A stretch of 56,325 bases of DNA from a virus. Lineage: Duplodnaviria > Caudoviricetes. Shown here one piece after another: positions 16,778 to 26,490 of the stretch (within the stretch, counting starts at the first letter, position 1; each line of letters starts with the position of its first letter). Location: the IMG/VR virus record IMGVR_UViG_3300031524_001649, positions 1 through 56,325 of that record; one strand, given 5' to 3'. The position numbers and the translations under genes were made by a program. The notes beneath the pieces are model-generated. The model searched no databases. It was given only the letters and a program-made list of their open reading frames with translations, and was not told the DNA's origin.

Positions 16778-17407
16778 TTAGCAAGGTTTTTCAAGTGGCG
16801 TTGGATCGTTGCGGGTCCAATAGTCCAGGATGCGGGCCTTCACTTTGCGGAACATGAGATTCGCTGTGGCCCGCGAGACGCCGAGGCGTTGGCCGATCTC
16901 TTGGAAGGTGTAGCCTTTCTCGTGGAGCCGGAGGCATTGCCGTTCGATGTCCGACTGACAACAGGCATTCATCACGTCCCGTAAATCCACGACCGCGAAA
17001 TCAGAGCAGGCTTCCAGACTCTCTGAGAGCACGTTTGCGATGGCTGGGGCGGCGAGTGGGCATCCGTTGTGGCGAGCCAAAGCGCTGGATTGCCGCGGCA
17101 CCCGGATGGTGTGCTCAATGGGCAACAAATCCTGCATCTTGTTGTTAATGGCTCGTCCCAGCCAGCAATTCACTGCGCCCACGTGTACCTTGGGACTGAG
17201 CTTATTGACGGCCTGGACCAAGCCGACATTTCCGGCACTGACTAAATCGTCGCGGAGGTAAGCGATGCTCGGCATCCGACCAATCAAGGCATTGGCCTTC
17301 GTAACCACCAGGCCCAAGTTGTTGAGGATCATGGCCGTGCGGGCAGCGGCGTCACCGGCCACTACCGCCGGATACAATGCGTTGTTCTTCTCGATGGCTG
17401 ACACCAT
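16778..17407 (-). CDS. Sigma-70-family RNA polymerase sigma factor
   Basis: Region 2 NNLGLVV..DDLVSAGNVGLVQAV; region 4 YTFQEIGQRLGVSR. Confidence 0.85.
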   Translation of the reverse strand: MVSAIEKNNALYPAVVAGDAAARTAMILNNLGLVVTKANALIGRMPSIAYLRDDLVSAGNVGLVQAVNKLSPKVHVGAVNCWLGRAINNKMQDLLPIEHTIRVPRQSSALARHNGCPLAAPAIANVLSESLEACSDFAVVDLRDVMNACCQSDIERQCLRLHEKGYTFQEIGQRLGVSRATANLMFRKVKARILDYWTRNDPTPLEKPC

Positions 17408-17409
17408 GC

Positions 17410-17895
17410 TCAGACTCCGATCCTGTCAATACGCCAAAGGTGCCGGGTGAAAAAGCCGCGCTGCTCGCACGCTTCGCGGGAGTAGTCGTACTCGTGACCG
17501 TCCGGGTCGAAGATGCGACCCTGCTGGTAGGCGACCGCATGGCCGCAATGGCGGCCGACGCCTTCGATCACGCCACGGCTCTGCTGAATGACCCGCGCGA
17601 AGCGGACCCAGTTGTCGTCGGGGTAGGCGATGATGTAGTCACTGCCATCCGGCGATGAGCGCAGGATGGGGCACAACTCGACCCGCGTGGCGGCGTGACC
17701 GTGGTTCAGGCAAAGATGGATCAACTCTTGCGGATGGAATCCGCGCCGACATGTCGGCTCAGGCAGATCAGGCCAGATGATTTGGCTGCCATCGTGTCCG
17801 ATCTCGCTGAAAATGGCAGAAGGCGGCAGGTCCAGGGCCATCGCAAAGGATGCTGGCAGGCACATCCAGCGCTCAGCCTTGCGTAACAGGCGCAT
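17410..17895 (-). CDS. Papain-fold (C39-like) hypothetical protein
   Basis: CLPASFAM..GHAVAY..IFDP gives a Cys-His-Asp arrangement. Confidence 0.5.
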   Translation of the reverse strand: MRLLRKAERWMCLPASFAMALDLPPSAIFSEIGHDGSQIIWPDLPEPTCRRGFHPQELIHLCLNHGHAATRVELCPILRSSPDGSDYIIAYPDDNWVRFARVIQQSRGVIEGVGRHCGHAVAYQQGRIFDPDGHEYDYSREACEQRGFFTRHLWRIDRIGV

Positions 17896-17940
17896 AGTCT
17901 CTCCGCGGTTGTCAGTGGATAACGGGGGCGCGCGAACAGA

Positions 17941-18348
17941 TCAGGCCGAGCGGCCTTCGCGCGTTAGCTCGTCGAGCATCGTGTCGATCTCAGCAAGCGT
18001 GGGAATCTTCCAGCTTGCCTTGGCATACGAGCGCCAGTTCGGCGCGGCAAACAGCTTGTCGTATTCCGCTTGCGTGGCGGCCGTGAGAATCCAGATGCCG
18101 ATGCCGTAGGCTTCCCACACCGGCCACTTTTGTTTCTGCGCCCTGGTGAAGCTGTATTTCTGCGGTTGCTTGCAGTCGATCCAGCGGGTGCCCCACTTTT
18201 TGTGAGCCGCGTACAGGTCGGGGAAACCGGTCTGGTAGAGGTTGCCGTGGGTGTGTTCGACGTTCCACCCGCGGGCCTCCAGGAAACGGATCACGTCCTT
18301 CTGGATGTGCCATTCCGGGCCGTGAACCGGTTTGCAGATTCGAGTCAT
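17941..18348 (-). CDS. VRR-NUC-like PD-(D/E)XK nuclease
   Basis: EWHIQ..GW..GFPDL..WIDCK; follows the polymerase gene. Confidence 0.75.
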   Translation of the reverse strand: MTRICKPVHGPEWHIQKDVIRFLEARGWNVEHTHGNLYQTGFPDLYAAHKKWGTRWIDCKQPQKYSFTRAQKQKWPVWEAYGIGIWILTAATQAEYDKLFAAPNWRSYAKASWKIPTLAEIDTMLDELTREGRSA

Positions 18349-20912
18349 CACATCATCTCCGGGGCTCGAATCTTCACCGGAGCCTCGCCGCCCTTCTTCT
18401 CGGCCCAGTTCTCCATCCCCTCGAACCAGGTCATGCCGATCAGCGGCACTTTCGAGCGGTAGGATTCCACGACTTCGCGGACGCAGGCCGTGATGTTGTG
18501 GACAATGGACGGGTTGGCCACGACCATCAGCTCGTCGTGGACGTTGAGCGGGGCCAACATCAGCGGGTGGACGCCCGCAGGCTGCAAGTCCCACAGCCTC
18601 CGCTGGACGGCCTTCGTGATTTCGGCACCGGGCGACTGGATCTCATGGTTCGCGGCGGCCCGCATGTTGGCCGCTTGCATTTGGAATGCGGAGCCGTAGA
18701 GGGCACTGGCCACGGCACCGCTGGCCGTCTGCACGCGGTCCCGGCGCACGACCTTCACCTTTACGTCCCGCCAATGGCTGGGCACGTTGCGGGCAAGAGT
18801 GAACAAGGCTTGGCAGATTTTGTTTTCCAGGGTGAAGTAGCGGCGGAAGCCGAGGAAGGTCTCGATGTACTCGGCGGGGCTGGCCCAAATCACCGCACTC
18901 CCGATGCCTGCGGGTTGCCGCATGGAGCAGAAGGCGTCGAAGGTCTTGTTGCGGGCCTTGCCGATGCCGGGGTAACGCTTCACGAAGTCGGCATAGGCCG
19001 CCTTGGCACGGGCCTCGGTCACGCCGAGCTTCTGCACCAGGGTGTTCCAATCGCCGCCATACACCAGGGCGAACACGCCGCGTTTGCCCTTGTCGTACCA
19101 GTCGTTATCAGTGCCGGAGGAATTGATGACCTCCGCGTAGCTCAGCCCGGAAAGGGCCATGCCGAACAGGGCGTGGAGCTTCTGCGGCGTCATGCCGGTC
19201 GTCTCGCACTCGCCGCAGGGCTTCTTGCTCTTCTTGTCGATGCCCGTGCCGCCACACTTCGGGCATGGCCCCTTGGTGGTCAAGTCTTTGCGCAGGGCCG
19301 GATCGTTATATACCGCGTCGGCGATCGTGACCTCGAAACTGTCGAAGTCGCCGCCGCACAAGATCATGCCGGGCCAGAAGAGCGGGAACATCTTGCGCAC
19401 GTCTTTGGCGTGCTTGATGCCTTGCGGGTTGAGGCCGTCCGCCCCGGCCATGCGGCTAGAGAGGGTGCCAATCACCACAAAGCTGGCGTGGAACCTGCCG
19501 GCCAGCAGCAGCTTTTCGTATAGCTCGATCTCCTTGGCGGCGATCTTCACGTCCAGGATGTGCCTGGAGCGGATGGCCGCCGGGTGCTTGCCCGGCTGGA
19601 CAATGCCCGTACCGCCGCAACGGGCGCAGCCGGGCGTCCCTTCACATCGCCCGCACGGCTCCGGGGCCACGATCTCCCAGTTGTTGATGGCCTCCAGGTT
19701 GCTTTTCTTCGTGCTCTCTTCGAGGACGATCGTCTCCGTGGGGTCCATCGCCGCGGTGATGTAGGCCCTCACCTCGCCCGGTTTGTTGATGTTGACCGGA
19801 CTATTGGCGACCACGGCCTGGGCCTTGGCGAGCAGTTCCGCCATGCCCGCCTCGTTGATCTCGAAGCCGTGCCAGCGGACGACGGGAACCATGCAGGCCA
19901 GCGTGGAATCGTTGTCGCCCGGCCTCGGGTAGCCGAAATGCTTATCGAGGGCGCGGGTGTAAACGATGTCGTCGTTGGCATACTCGCGGGCGTCCGGCCG
20001 GGTGGCCCAGTGCTCGACGTGTTTGGCGATCACCGCTGGCCAGGCATAGCCCAGCAGCTTGTCTTCCGGGCCGACGCCGCGCGTTTCGTCATCATGCTCG
20101 CTGTCCAGAAGGATGCCGGGATCGGTCAAGACCTCTTCCACGGCCACGTTGATCGTGGGGCGGCCCTTCTTGCGGCCCCAGACTTCCCAGTTCTGCTGTG
20201 GGCTGGAAACTGCCAGGGCTGTGGGGGCGTAGCCCAATTCGTAGGGCCGCCAACTCGCAGGCGGCTCTACGTCCTTGAAGTGGTACTTCGGTTTGAAACC
20301 CATCGCGTGCTCGGCGAGGAACTTCAGTCCGCCGGCCGCGTGAAACTTGAGAACGACATCCTTGAAGTCGGTGTCGATGTCGCCGTAGCGATCCTTGCGG
20401 TCGAAGACCTGCCACTTGGGCGCGTTCGGATCGGCTGAACGAGCGAAGTAGATATTGTCCAGTTGGACGCGGCCTTCCAATTCGGCAGCCAGCGCGTAGG
20501 CCAACGCAGAAGGCACGCGCTTGATGCGGATGTCTTCGCGGGCCATGAGGGACTGGTACGGCCCCTTGCGGGAGTGGAGCATCAGGTCCAGGGCGCAGGC
20601 TGGCTTGACGCATGGCCCGTCCTGCCCCTTTGGCTCCAGCAAGGCGATCTCGTCGATGTGCTCCGCTGGAATCCAGTCCGGGTCCGCAAGGCGGAAGACA
20701 GTAAAGGTCTTGGCAATATGGAACCAATCGAAGGACAGATTAAACCCCACGACCGTGTGCTCGGTCAGCCATTCGATCAGGCGCAGCGTCTCGCGGATCG
20801 GCCGCCGCCAGACCTCGTGAAGCCGGATCGGGCCGTCTTCCTCGGCGTACTGCAACAGCACCATCATGTTGTGCAGCCCGCACGTCTCGGTGTCGAGATA
20901 GACCTTGCTCAT
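18348..20912 (-). CDS. Family A DNA polymerase with 3'-5' exonuclease domain
   Basis: LDTET, GFNLSFD, YANDD; motif A GDFDSFE, motif B KRGVFALVYG, motif C VHDE. Confidence 0.9.
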   Translation of the reverse strand: MSKVYLDTETCGLHNMMVLLQYAEEDGPIRLHEVWRRPIRETLRLIEWLTEHTVVGFNLSFDWFHIAKTFTVFRLADPDWIPAEHIDEIALLEPKGQDGPCVKPACALDLMLHSRKGPYQSLMAREDIRIKRVPSALAYALAAELEGRVQLDNIYFARSADPNAPKWQVFDRKDRYGDIDTDFKDVVLKFHAAGGLKFLAEHAMGFKPKYHFKDVEPPASWRPYELGYAPTALAVSSPQQNWEVWGRKKGRPTINVAVEEVLTDPGILLDSEHDDETRGVGPEDKLLGYAWPAVIAKHVEHWATRPDAREYANDDIVYTRALDKHFGYPRPGDNDSTLACMVPVVRWHGFEINEAGMAELLAKAQAVVANSPVNINKPGEVRAYITAAMDPTETIVLEESTKKSNLEAINNWEIVAPEPCGRCEGTPGCARCGGTGIVQPGKHPAAIRSRHILDVKIAAKEIELYEKLLLAGRFHASFVVIGTLSSRMAGADGLNPQGIKHAKDVRKMFPLFWPGMILCGGDFDSFEVTIADAVYNDPALRKDLTTKGPCPKCGGTGIDKKSKKPCGECETTGMTPQKLHALFGMALSGLSYAEVINSSGTDNDWYDKGKRGVFALVYGGDWNTLVQKLGVTEARAKAAYADFVKRYPGIGKARNKTFDAFCSMRQPAGIGSAVIWASPAEYIETFLGFRRYFTLENKICQALFTLARNVPSHWRDVKVKVVRRDRVQTASGAVASALYGSAFQMQAANMRAAANHEIQSPGAEITKAVQRRLWDLQPAGVHPLMLAPLNVHDELMVVANPSIVHNITACVREVVESYRSKVPLIGMTWFEGMENWAEKKGGEAPVKIRAPEMM

Positions 20913-21205
20913 GCGTCGTATTGCCCCAGGGATTGGAGCTTGGCGCGGGCAGCGGCGATTTCGGAGCCGGCGTTGAGAATGGCACCAGTGTCGCCGTCGT
21001 AGGTGGCCTCGCAGAACACCTCGTAGCCTAGGGCGTAGGACTTCCACGCATCGCGGGCGGTGGTTGCCTGGGCCGCCTCCAAGCCGAGTCGGCCGATTTC
21101 CGCCGCAAGGCGACGGATCTCGCGGTGCCGATACGACTCCATGATGAGCGCGGCGAGAGCACAGGCGAAGATTGCGAAGAGACAAACAGACATGGGATTC
21201 TCCAA
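20909..21205 (-). CDS. Hypothetical protein with N-terminal TM segment
   Basis: Stop overlaps the pol start; hydrophobic N-terminus then coiled coil. Confidence 0.6.
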   Translation of the reverse strand: MENPMSVCLFAIFACALAALIMESYRHREIRRLAAEIGRLGLEAAQATTARDAWKSYALGYEVFCEATYDGDTGAILNAGSEIAAARAKLQSLGQYDA

Positions 21206-21235
21206 AGGGTGTTTGGCCAGGGGAGTCCCGGACCA

Positions 21236-21577
21236 TCAAAACACGGCGTAATGCCAGTTCGCGCCCTCGACCTCTGCGGATGAGACAGGGGCCGACGTGT
21301 AGTAGCCGTTGCGGAAGCGGATCAGCATGAGAAGACCTTTGCCGATCCACCCTTCCACATCACGATCGGGCGGACAACGACCGCTAACGAACTGTCCCAC
21401 GGTGGGCGAGTGGAGTGGCGGATCGCTGGAGGTGATTTCCAGCAGGCCGGCATAGGGCAACACGACCTTCATCTCGTAGACGTGCTTCGCGGTCTCGACG
21501 AAGATGTAGGTGCCGGCCTTGAGCCGCCGCACGTCGATGCCGGGTTCCATTCGCAGTTTTTCCGCCAAGGTCGTCAT
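21236..21577 (-). CDS. Hypothetical protein
   Basis: GAGG RBS; coupled to the upstream gene. Confidence 0.65.
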   Translation of the reverse strand: MTTLAEKLRMEPGIDVRRLKAGTYIFVETAKHVYEMKVVLPYAGLLEITSSDPPLHSPTVGQFVSGRCPPDRDVEGWIGKGLLMLIRFRNGYYTSAPVSSAEVEGANWHYAVF

Positions 21578-22446
21578 AATGCCTCTCGCTCTGCCAACTC
21601 AAAGTTGCCGTCGCCCGTGAGAGCGGCTTCCTTAATATCACGCTCAATTTCTGCGTCACTGATGTACCCGGCGCACCAGGCCCCCATCCGCGGCCCCAGG
21701 CCGGTGATGCCGCGCCCCAGCATCTTGGCAACCATCCGATTGATCTCGCTTTTGGACTTGCGGTAGCCGAACTTGCGGCGGTACTTCGGGCTCAAGTGCC
21801 GCAGGGAGGCTGTCTTGCCATGTTCCTGTTTGGCTGCCACGATTTTGCGAGCGGCCTCGATCTGCTCGGCGGGGGTCTTCAAGGCAGTCAGCACCTTGAC
21901 GTTGCTGGCCGCCAGCAGGCCGGTGGCGGCGAGTTGCTGCACCTCTTCGGGGAGCGTCAGCAGGCGTTGGCGATCATGGACCCACTGAGTCGGCCGTTTG
22001 ATCTCCTTGGCGGCCACCCGCAAGGCCACCCCATTCGGGTAAAGCCGGCCGAGTGCCTGTGCCTCTTCCAGGATGTTCAGGTCTTTGCGTTCCAGGTTCT
22101 CGACGAAGTTCAGCATTCGGGCCTGATGGTCGCTCAACCCAGCGCGGATCATGGCTGGGATCATGGACCACTTCAGGAAGGTCTCGACGGCCTTGAAGCG
22201 GCGGTGCCCGGCGATCAGCCGGTAGTCGAAGCCCGCGGGTTTGTCCCCTACCATGTCCGCGATGGGCTGGACCACAACTGGGTAGTCCAGTCCCTTCAGT
22301 TCGACGCCGCCGCCCCGCAGTCGGATGCTTTCGGCCAAATCGGAGACCGATTGCAGTGTGAATTGGCCCCGGCAGTTGAAGTCGGCGTCGTAGTAGATGC
22401 GATCCAGTGGCAGCGGATAGGCGTCATACTGTTCCAAGCGTTGCAT
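21574..22446 (-). CDS. ParB/Spo0J-like protein
   Basis: LAESI..PVVV..LIAGHRR..ENLERKDLNILEEA plus HTH. Confidence 0.85.
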   Translation of the reverse strand: MQRLEQYDAYPLPLDRIYYDADFNCRGQFTLQSVSDLAESIRLRGGGVELKGLDYPVVVQPIADMVGDKPAGFDYRLIAGHRRFKAVETFLKWSMIPAMIRAGLSDHQARMLNFVENLERKDLNILEEAQALGRLYPNGVALRVAAKEIKRPTQWVHDRQRLLTLPEEVQQLAATGLLAASNVKVLTALKTPAEQIEAARKIVAAKQEHGKTASLRHLSPKYRRKFGYRKSKSEINRMVAKMLGRGITGLGPRMGAWCAGYISDAEIERDIKEAALTGDGNFELAEREAL

Positions 22447-23221
22447 GGTACGAAATCGCCTTTTCGCCCAGCCACTCCCAGACCGAAGCCTGGCCGTTGT
22501 CGGTGATAGCGACGTAGGTGTCGTGTCGACGGGCCCAGCAACCGCTGTTGAAGTGGTAGTCGCCAATGTTGCCCGGTTCGTGTGTATGGCCGTAGACCAC
22601 AACGTCGCACTTTTTCTCGCAGCGGAACTTCTCCACGCCTGCGACCATCTCGGTCTGGCGGTTGTGTTGGAAGGTCAACGTCCGCCACAGCGTCAAGGCG
22701 TTTTCCAGGGTCCCGACAAACTCGTCGGCCACGGCATGGCCGTGATGAACGGGCCCTTTGTTGCGATCCTCCAACATGCCGCTGATGATGGCGGTGATTT
22801 CGCCCACGCCGGGGTTCAGGTCGCAACAGTAGGGGTCGGCCTCGTGCCCGTGGAGAAAGGCGAACCGCTGGCCGCCGATTTCTTCTTCAAATGGATGGCG
22901 GGACCGCTCGAAGAGCGGGTGGTCGATCATCAGCGGCGTACCCATCAGAGGAGCGAGGGCATTGTCATGGTTGCCAACGATCCATTCGGCCCCCAGTTCA
23001 TCGAGCCGATTCAGGAGCGGCAGGTAGGCGCTAATCGCCGCGCCCACCGGCACCTGCCACCAATCCAGCAGATCGCCGAGGATCAGCAGCCGGCCACGGG
23101 ACTGCTCCACGAACTTGAGGAAGTGGTAGAACCGCTCTTCGCGGCCGTTGTAGGCGAAGTTGTCGCGGGGACCGCGGTCGCAAAGGTGCAGGTCGCTAAT
23201 GCAGAAGGTTGGCATAGGCAC
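22424..23221 (-). CDS. Calcineurin-like metallophosphoesterase (LpxH-like)
   Basis: SDLH, GDLLD, GNHD, HGH, GHTH. Confidence 0.88.
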   Translation of the reverse strand: MPMPTFCISDLHLCDRGPRDNFAYNGREERFYHFLKFVEQSRGRLLILGDLLDWWQVPVGAAISAYLPLLNRLDELGAEWIVGNHDNALAPLMGTPLMIDHPLFERSRHPFEEEIGGQRFAFLHGHEADPYCCDLNPGVGEITAIISGMLEDRNKGPVHHGHAVADEFVGTLENALTLWRTLTFQHNRQTEMVAGVEKFRCEKKCDVVVYGHTHEPGNIGDYHFNSGCWARRHDTYVAITDNGQASVWEWLGEKAISYHATLGTV

Positions 23222-23230
23222 ACTCGCAGG

Positions 23231-23356
23231 TCATGGGTCAATGTCCAGGTCGTCATCCCAATCGTCATCCTCCTCCTCGTCGTCGTCCCAATCGTCGTCC
23301 CATTCCTCGGGCTGCTCGTAAGGGGGTTGGTTCAAGAGATCGTCGTTGTTGCGCAT
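23231..23356 (-). CDS. 41-aa highly acidic peptide (not in ORF track)
   Basis: GGAG RBS; MRNNDDLLNQPPYEQPEEWDDDWDDDEEEDDDWDDDLDIDP*; fills the intergenic gap. Confidence 0.6.
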   Translation of the reverse strand: MRNNDDLLNQPPYEQPEEWDDDWDDDEEEDDDWDDDLDIDP

Positions 23357-23369
23357 GGGGCTCTCCGGG

Positions 23370-23624
23370 TTACTTGCACTTGGCGCGCAATTCGGCAATC
23401 ACCTCATCGAGCGTCTGGTATTGGCCTGCTGCAATGGCGGCCCGGCACTGGCGAGCCAGTTCGGCGTTGTACAGCACTACCACGTCATCCACGCTGTAGC
23501 AGCGGCCGAGCCACTGTCGCCAGACGCAGAAATGAAGCTGCCTGTCGCCGTCCCAATACCAAGTCCGATGGGTCAACGGCACAAGCTGCAACAAGTAATA
23601 GAGGACAGTGGCGAGAATCTTCAT
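23370..23624 (-). CDS. Hypothetical protein
   Basis: GAGGA RBS; in operon. Confidence 0.6.
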   Translation of the reverse strand: MKILATVLYYLLQLVPLTHRTWYWDGDRQLHFCVWRQWLGRCYSVDDVVVLYNAELARQCRAAIAAGQYQTLDEVIAELRAKCK

Positions 23625-23645
23625 GGTTGAGGGATTCCTCGTTGG

Positions 23646-23861
23646 TTAAAGGCAATCGTTTCCCATGTAGCGGTCCATGAGTCGGTCCATGACCTGATAC
23701 AGCGTCAGGCCGTGGGCGTAAATCAACGTGTCTCTGTAGCCCAAGAGCAATTCGTAGCGGACGACCTCACCGGTTTGCATTCGGGCGTCGATGAAATGTT
23801 GGTCGGTGTTGACCAGGCGTTCCTGCCCGTCGCACCGGCCGCCTATGAAGAACGCTTTCAT
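23646..23861 (-). CDS. Hypothetical protein (MKAFFIGGRCDG...)
   Basis: ATG overlaps the upstream stop; F.GG..DG start typical of small phage proteins. Confidence 0.6.
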   Translation of the reverse strand: MKAFFIGGRCDGQERLVNTDQHFIDARMQTGEVVRYELLLGYRDTLIYAHGLTLYQVMDRLMDRYMGNDCL

Positions 23862-24136
23862 GGTCGCCACCAGGGACCGTAATAAGGCGGCACGTAATAG
23901 GGTGGCCATCCCCACGCCTCGATCACGTGCATGTAGTCGGAACCGTTCTGGAAATACTGGTGGCGGTAGCCGCCCTCGTACACAGCCTCGCCCCAGGCGT
24001 AGGACGGGGCCGGGAGGCTGTATTGGTACACCCGCTCGCCATCGCGGTGCGTGTAGTAACTGGGCAGGAATATCCACTCCGCGTGTGCGGTCGTGCTGCC
24101 CAGCACAACCAAGGCCAACCAGAGAAGGGTTTTCAT
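23858..24136 (-). CDS. Small secreted Tyr/Pro-rich protein
   Basis: Sec signal ending AHA; WIFLPSYYTH..RVYQY resembles Planctomycete-type secreted proteins (from memory). Confidence 0.65.
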   Translation of the reverse strand: MKTLLWLALVVLGSTTAHAEWIFLPSYYTHRDGERVYQYSLPAPSYAWGEAVYEGGYRHQYFQNGSDYMHVIEAWGWPPYYVPPYYGPWWRP

Positions 24137-25446
24137 TGCAGCGGTCCAATCTCCCGGCCTCCGTCGATCAAGTAGCGTCGCGGGCCGTTCTTCTCGTTCT
24201 CGTGACGCAGCTTGACGTTCATCCGCCAGGTGATGCCATGCTTCGGGTTGACGCCGTGAATCCACTGAGCAGGTTCTCGATAGCCGGAGAGCGAGTTGTA
24301 GGCGAAGGCGTCGGTGCCCACCCACGAGCCGTTGACCAGCAGTTCGCCATCCACGTCGGACAAGGTGCTCGCGGCATGGTGGTGCCCCACGCAGAAATAG
24401 CGGCAGCGCTGTGCGCCGGCCGCAGCCCCCAACGCGATCAGGCCCTTCTGCCGGCGGACCATGCCGTACCAGGGGATGCCCAGATTGCTGCGGACATCAT
24501 CCCCGTGACTGACGTTGAACCCAACGCCGTTGATGTTGACGTTGGTGCTCCACGCATCGGGGATGGTGAAGTTGACGTTGCCCAACTCGCGGCAGTGCAG
24601 TCGTGCCACCTCGGCGACCAGGTAGTCCCAGTTGTCGTTCGCGCCGAGATAATCCTTCTTCGGCGTCCGCCGGCCGTGGTTGCCTGCCAGGTACAAGACG
24701 TGGATTTGCTCGAAGTGGGCCGCCAGATCGCGGTACATCAGGGCATGAAGCTGGCCGATGGCGAGGCAGTTCTTGAACTGGTTGCGGTAGTAGGACCGCT
24801 CACAGGCTTTGTGGATTTCGCCGCTGGTGTAGTCGCCGTAGGCCAGCACCCATAGCACTGGAAAACGAAACTTCGGTGCCAGGGTGTCTTGGGTCCATTC
24901 GACGACGCTATCCACGTAGCGCTCCGCCCGGGCGCAGGAGACCGGAAAGTTGTAGTCTTCGAGGCCGCCAACCTCCTCGGGCCGCACGACCTGATCGTGG
25001 TGGCCATCCGAAAGGTGTATCACGCAGTGCTCGACGATCTGGGCCTTGCGGCGGAAGTTCAAGGCGAAGGGGAGGGCCGCAAAGGGCTTGACCCGCTGCT
25101 CCATTTCGCCGACGACGGCCTTGAACAGGCCGGCAATCTTCGCCCCGGCCTTGACCTTGGCACGCTCGCGGTTGCGCTCCTCGGTGAGGTGGACGACTTC
25201 CGCTTCCAACTCCAAGACCCGCTTATCGGTCGGGTCGTAGCCCGGGATGTCCTTGTGCTGGCCGCCAGCCCGCTTAGGCGTCGGCCGTTCGCCGTTGGGC
25301 CAAGGCACATCCTTGTGGACCCGGCCTGTGGCGATGTCGGACACGAGCGAGCGACTGACGCCAAACTTCGCGGCGATGTCGGGCTGCTTGGTGCCCTCGG
25401 TGATGGCCGCCTTGATCCCAGCGACCTCTTGACTGGTTAGTCTCAT
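24133..25446 (-). CDS. HTH + metallophosphoesterase (phage nuclease-type)
   Basis: N-terminal HTH QPDIAAKFGVSRSLVSDI; SDGH, GD, GNHG, HGD, GHHH. Confidence 0.8.
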   Translation of the reverse strand: MRLTSQEVAGIKAAITEGTKQPDIAAKFGVSRSLVSDIATGRVHKDVPWPNGERPTPKRAGGQHKDIPGYDPTDKRVLELEAEVVHLTEERNRERAKVKAGAKIAGLFKAVVGEMEQRVKPFAALPFALNFRRKAQIVEHCVIHLSDGHHDQVVRPEEVGGLEDYNFPVSCARAERYVDSVVEWTQDTLAPKFRFPVLWVLAYGDYTSGEIHKACERSYYRNQFKNCLAIGQLHALMYRDLAAHFEQIHVLYLAGNHGRRTPKKDYLGANDNWDYLVAEVARLHCRELGNVNFTIPDAWSTNVNINGVGFNVSHGDDVRSNLGIPWYGMVRRQKGLIALGAAAGAQRCRYFCVGHHHAASTLSDVDGELLVNGSWVGTDAFAYNSLSGYREPAQWIHGVNPKHGITWRMNVKLRHENEKNGPRRYLIDGGREIGPLQ

Positions 25447-25513
25447 GGTGTTTCCTTCGTCAAGCGGCCGGGTGACGGCAGGGTATCGCCACCCGGCTCA
25501 GGTGCGGTCCGAA

Positions 25514-26443
25514 TCAACGTCCCACCCAGAGCCGCTTCGCCCAGCCAAGAGCCGCGTCGAAATCCAACGACGGTTTGAAGGCGGCGGGAAGGGGCTCACC
25601 CCGGAAGGAACCGCTCGGCGATCCGCCGTCTTCCACGGGCATGGCCTCGATCTCAGCCAGCGTGGGCAGCTTCGCCTGGGGGTCGATGGCCCACTCGATC
25701 TTGGCGGCCTTGGCAAAGGCGTGGATGCGCCGCACGGGGACGATGAAGTTGAAGCCTTGCAGCTTCATCACGCCCTGGGTCAACATGCCCACGTATTGGC
25801 CGTTGGCCTTGAGGAACATGCCGCCGCCAGACGAGCCCGGGAAGGCCACGGCGGTCACCTGGTCGAAGACCTTGACGTTGGCCCCCTTCATTTCCAGGGT
25901 CCGGCCGACCTGGCTCAAGACGCCCTCGGTGTAGCTGTTGGCACCGAACTGACCGAGCAAGCTGCCGCAGTGGCTCAATTCCACGCTGATGGCTGGAATG
26001 TAATTCATGCCCGTTTTGAACTTGGCCGAGACCGCCAGCGGGTAGGCGTTCGTGCGGCGGACCATCAGCAGGGCCAGGTCTTCGCCGAAATCGGGGTCCG
26101 AAAACTTGATGACCTTGGCGTCGAGCTTCGTTTCCCCGACCCGCCGCCCGTTTTGCTGGAATTCCTGGACGATCTGCGCGTCCCGAAATTCGATCACGGT
26201 GCGGGTGCCCCCGTCCGCGGTGATGACTTGGCGGACGACGCGGAGGTTGTCAACGACGTGGCCCGCGGTCCAGATGAAGGAAACCGTGTCGTCGCCGATC
26301 TTACGGGTGACGATGGTGCCGGAGCCTTGGGCATCGCCGGCCTTGATGGTGACACTGATCTGCTGCAAATCATCGGGCACGCCGGCAACGGCCATGCCGG
26401 TGAGGGAGAGGGCAAGGGCAAGAGCCAAGACAAGGTACTTCAT
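25514..26443 (-). CDS. Secreted trypsin-like serine protease
   Basis: Signal peptide; TAGHV, DLALL, PGSSGGG catalytic triad. Confidence 0.85.
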   Translation of the reverse strand: MKYLVLALALALSLTGMAVAGVPDDLQQISVTIKAGDAQGSGTIVTRKIGDDTVSFIWTAGHVVDNLRVVRQVITADGGTRTVIEFRDAQIVQEFQQNGRRVGETKLDAKVIKFSDPDFGEDLALLMVRRTNAYPLAVSAKFKTGMNYIPAISVELSHCGSLLGQFGANSYTEGVLSQVGRTLEMKGANVKVFDQVTAVAFPGSSGGGMFLKANGQYVGMLTQGVMKLQGFNFIVPVRRIHAFAKAAKIEWAIDPQAKLPTLAEIEAMPVEDGGSPSGSFRGEPLPAAFKPSLDFDAALGWAKRLWVGR

Positions 26444-26490
26444 TGCTGTAACTCCAGAGGTGAAAAGAATCGAGATCAGATGCAACAGGC

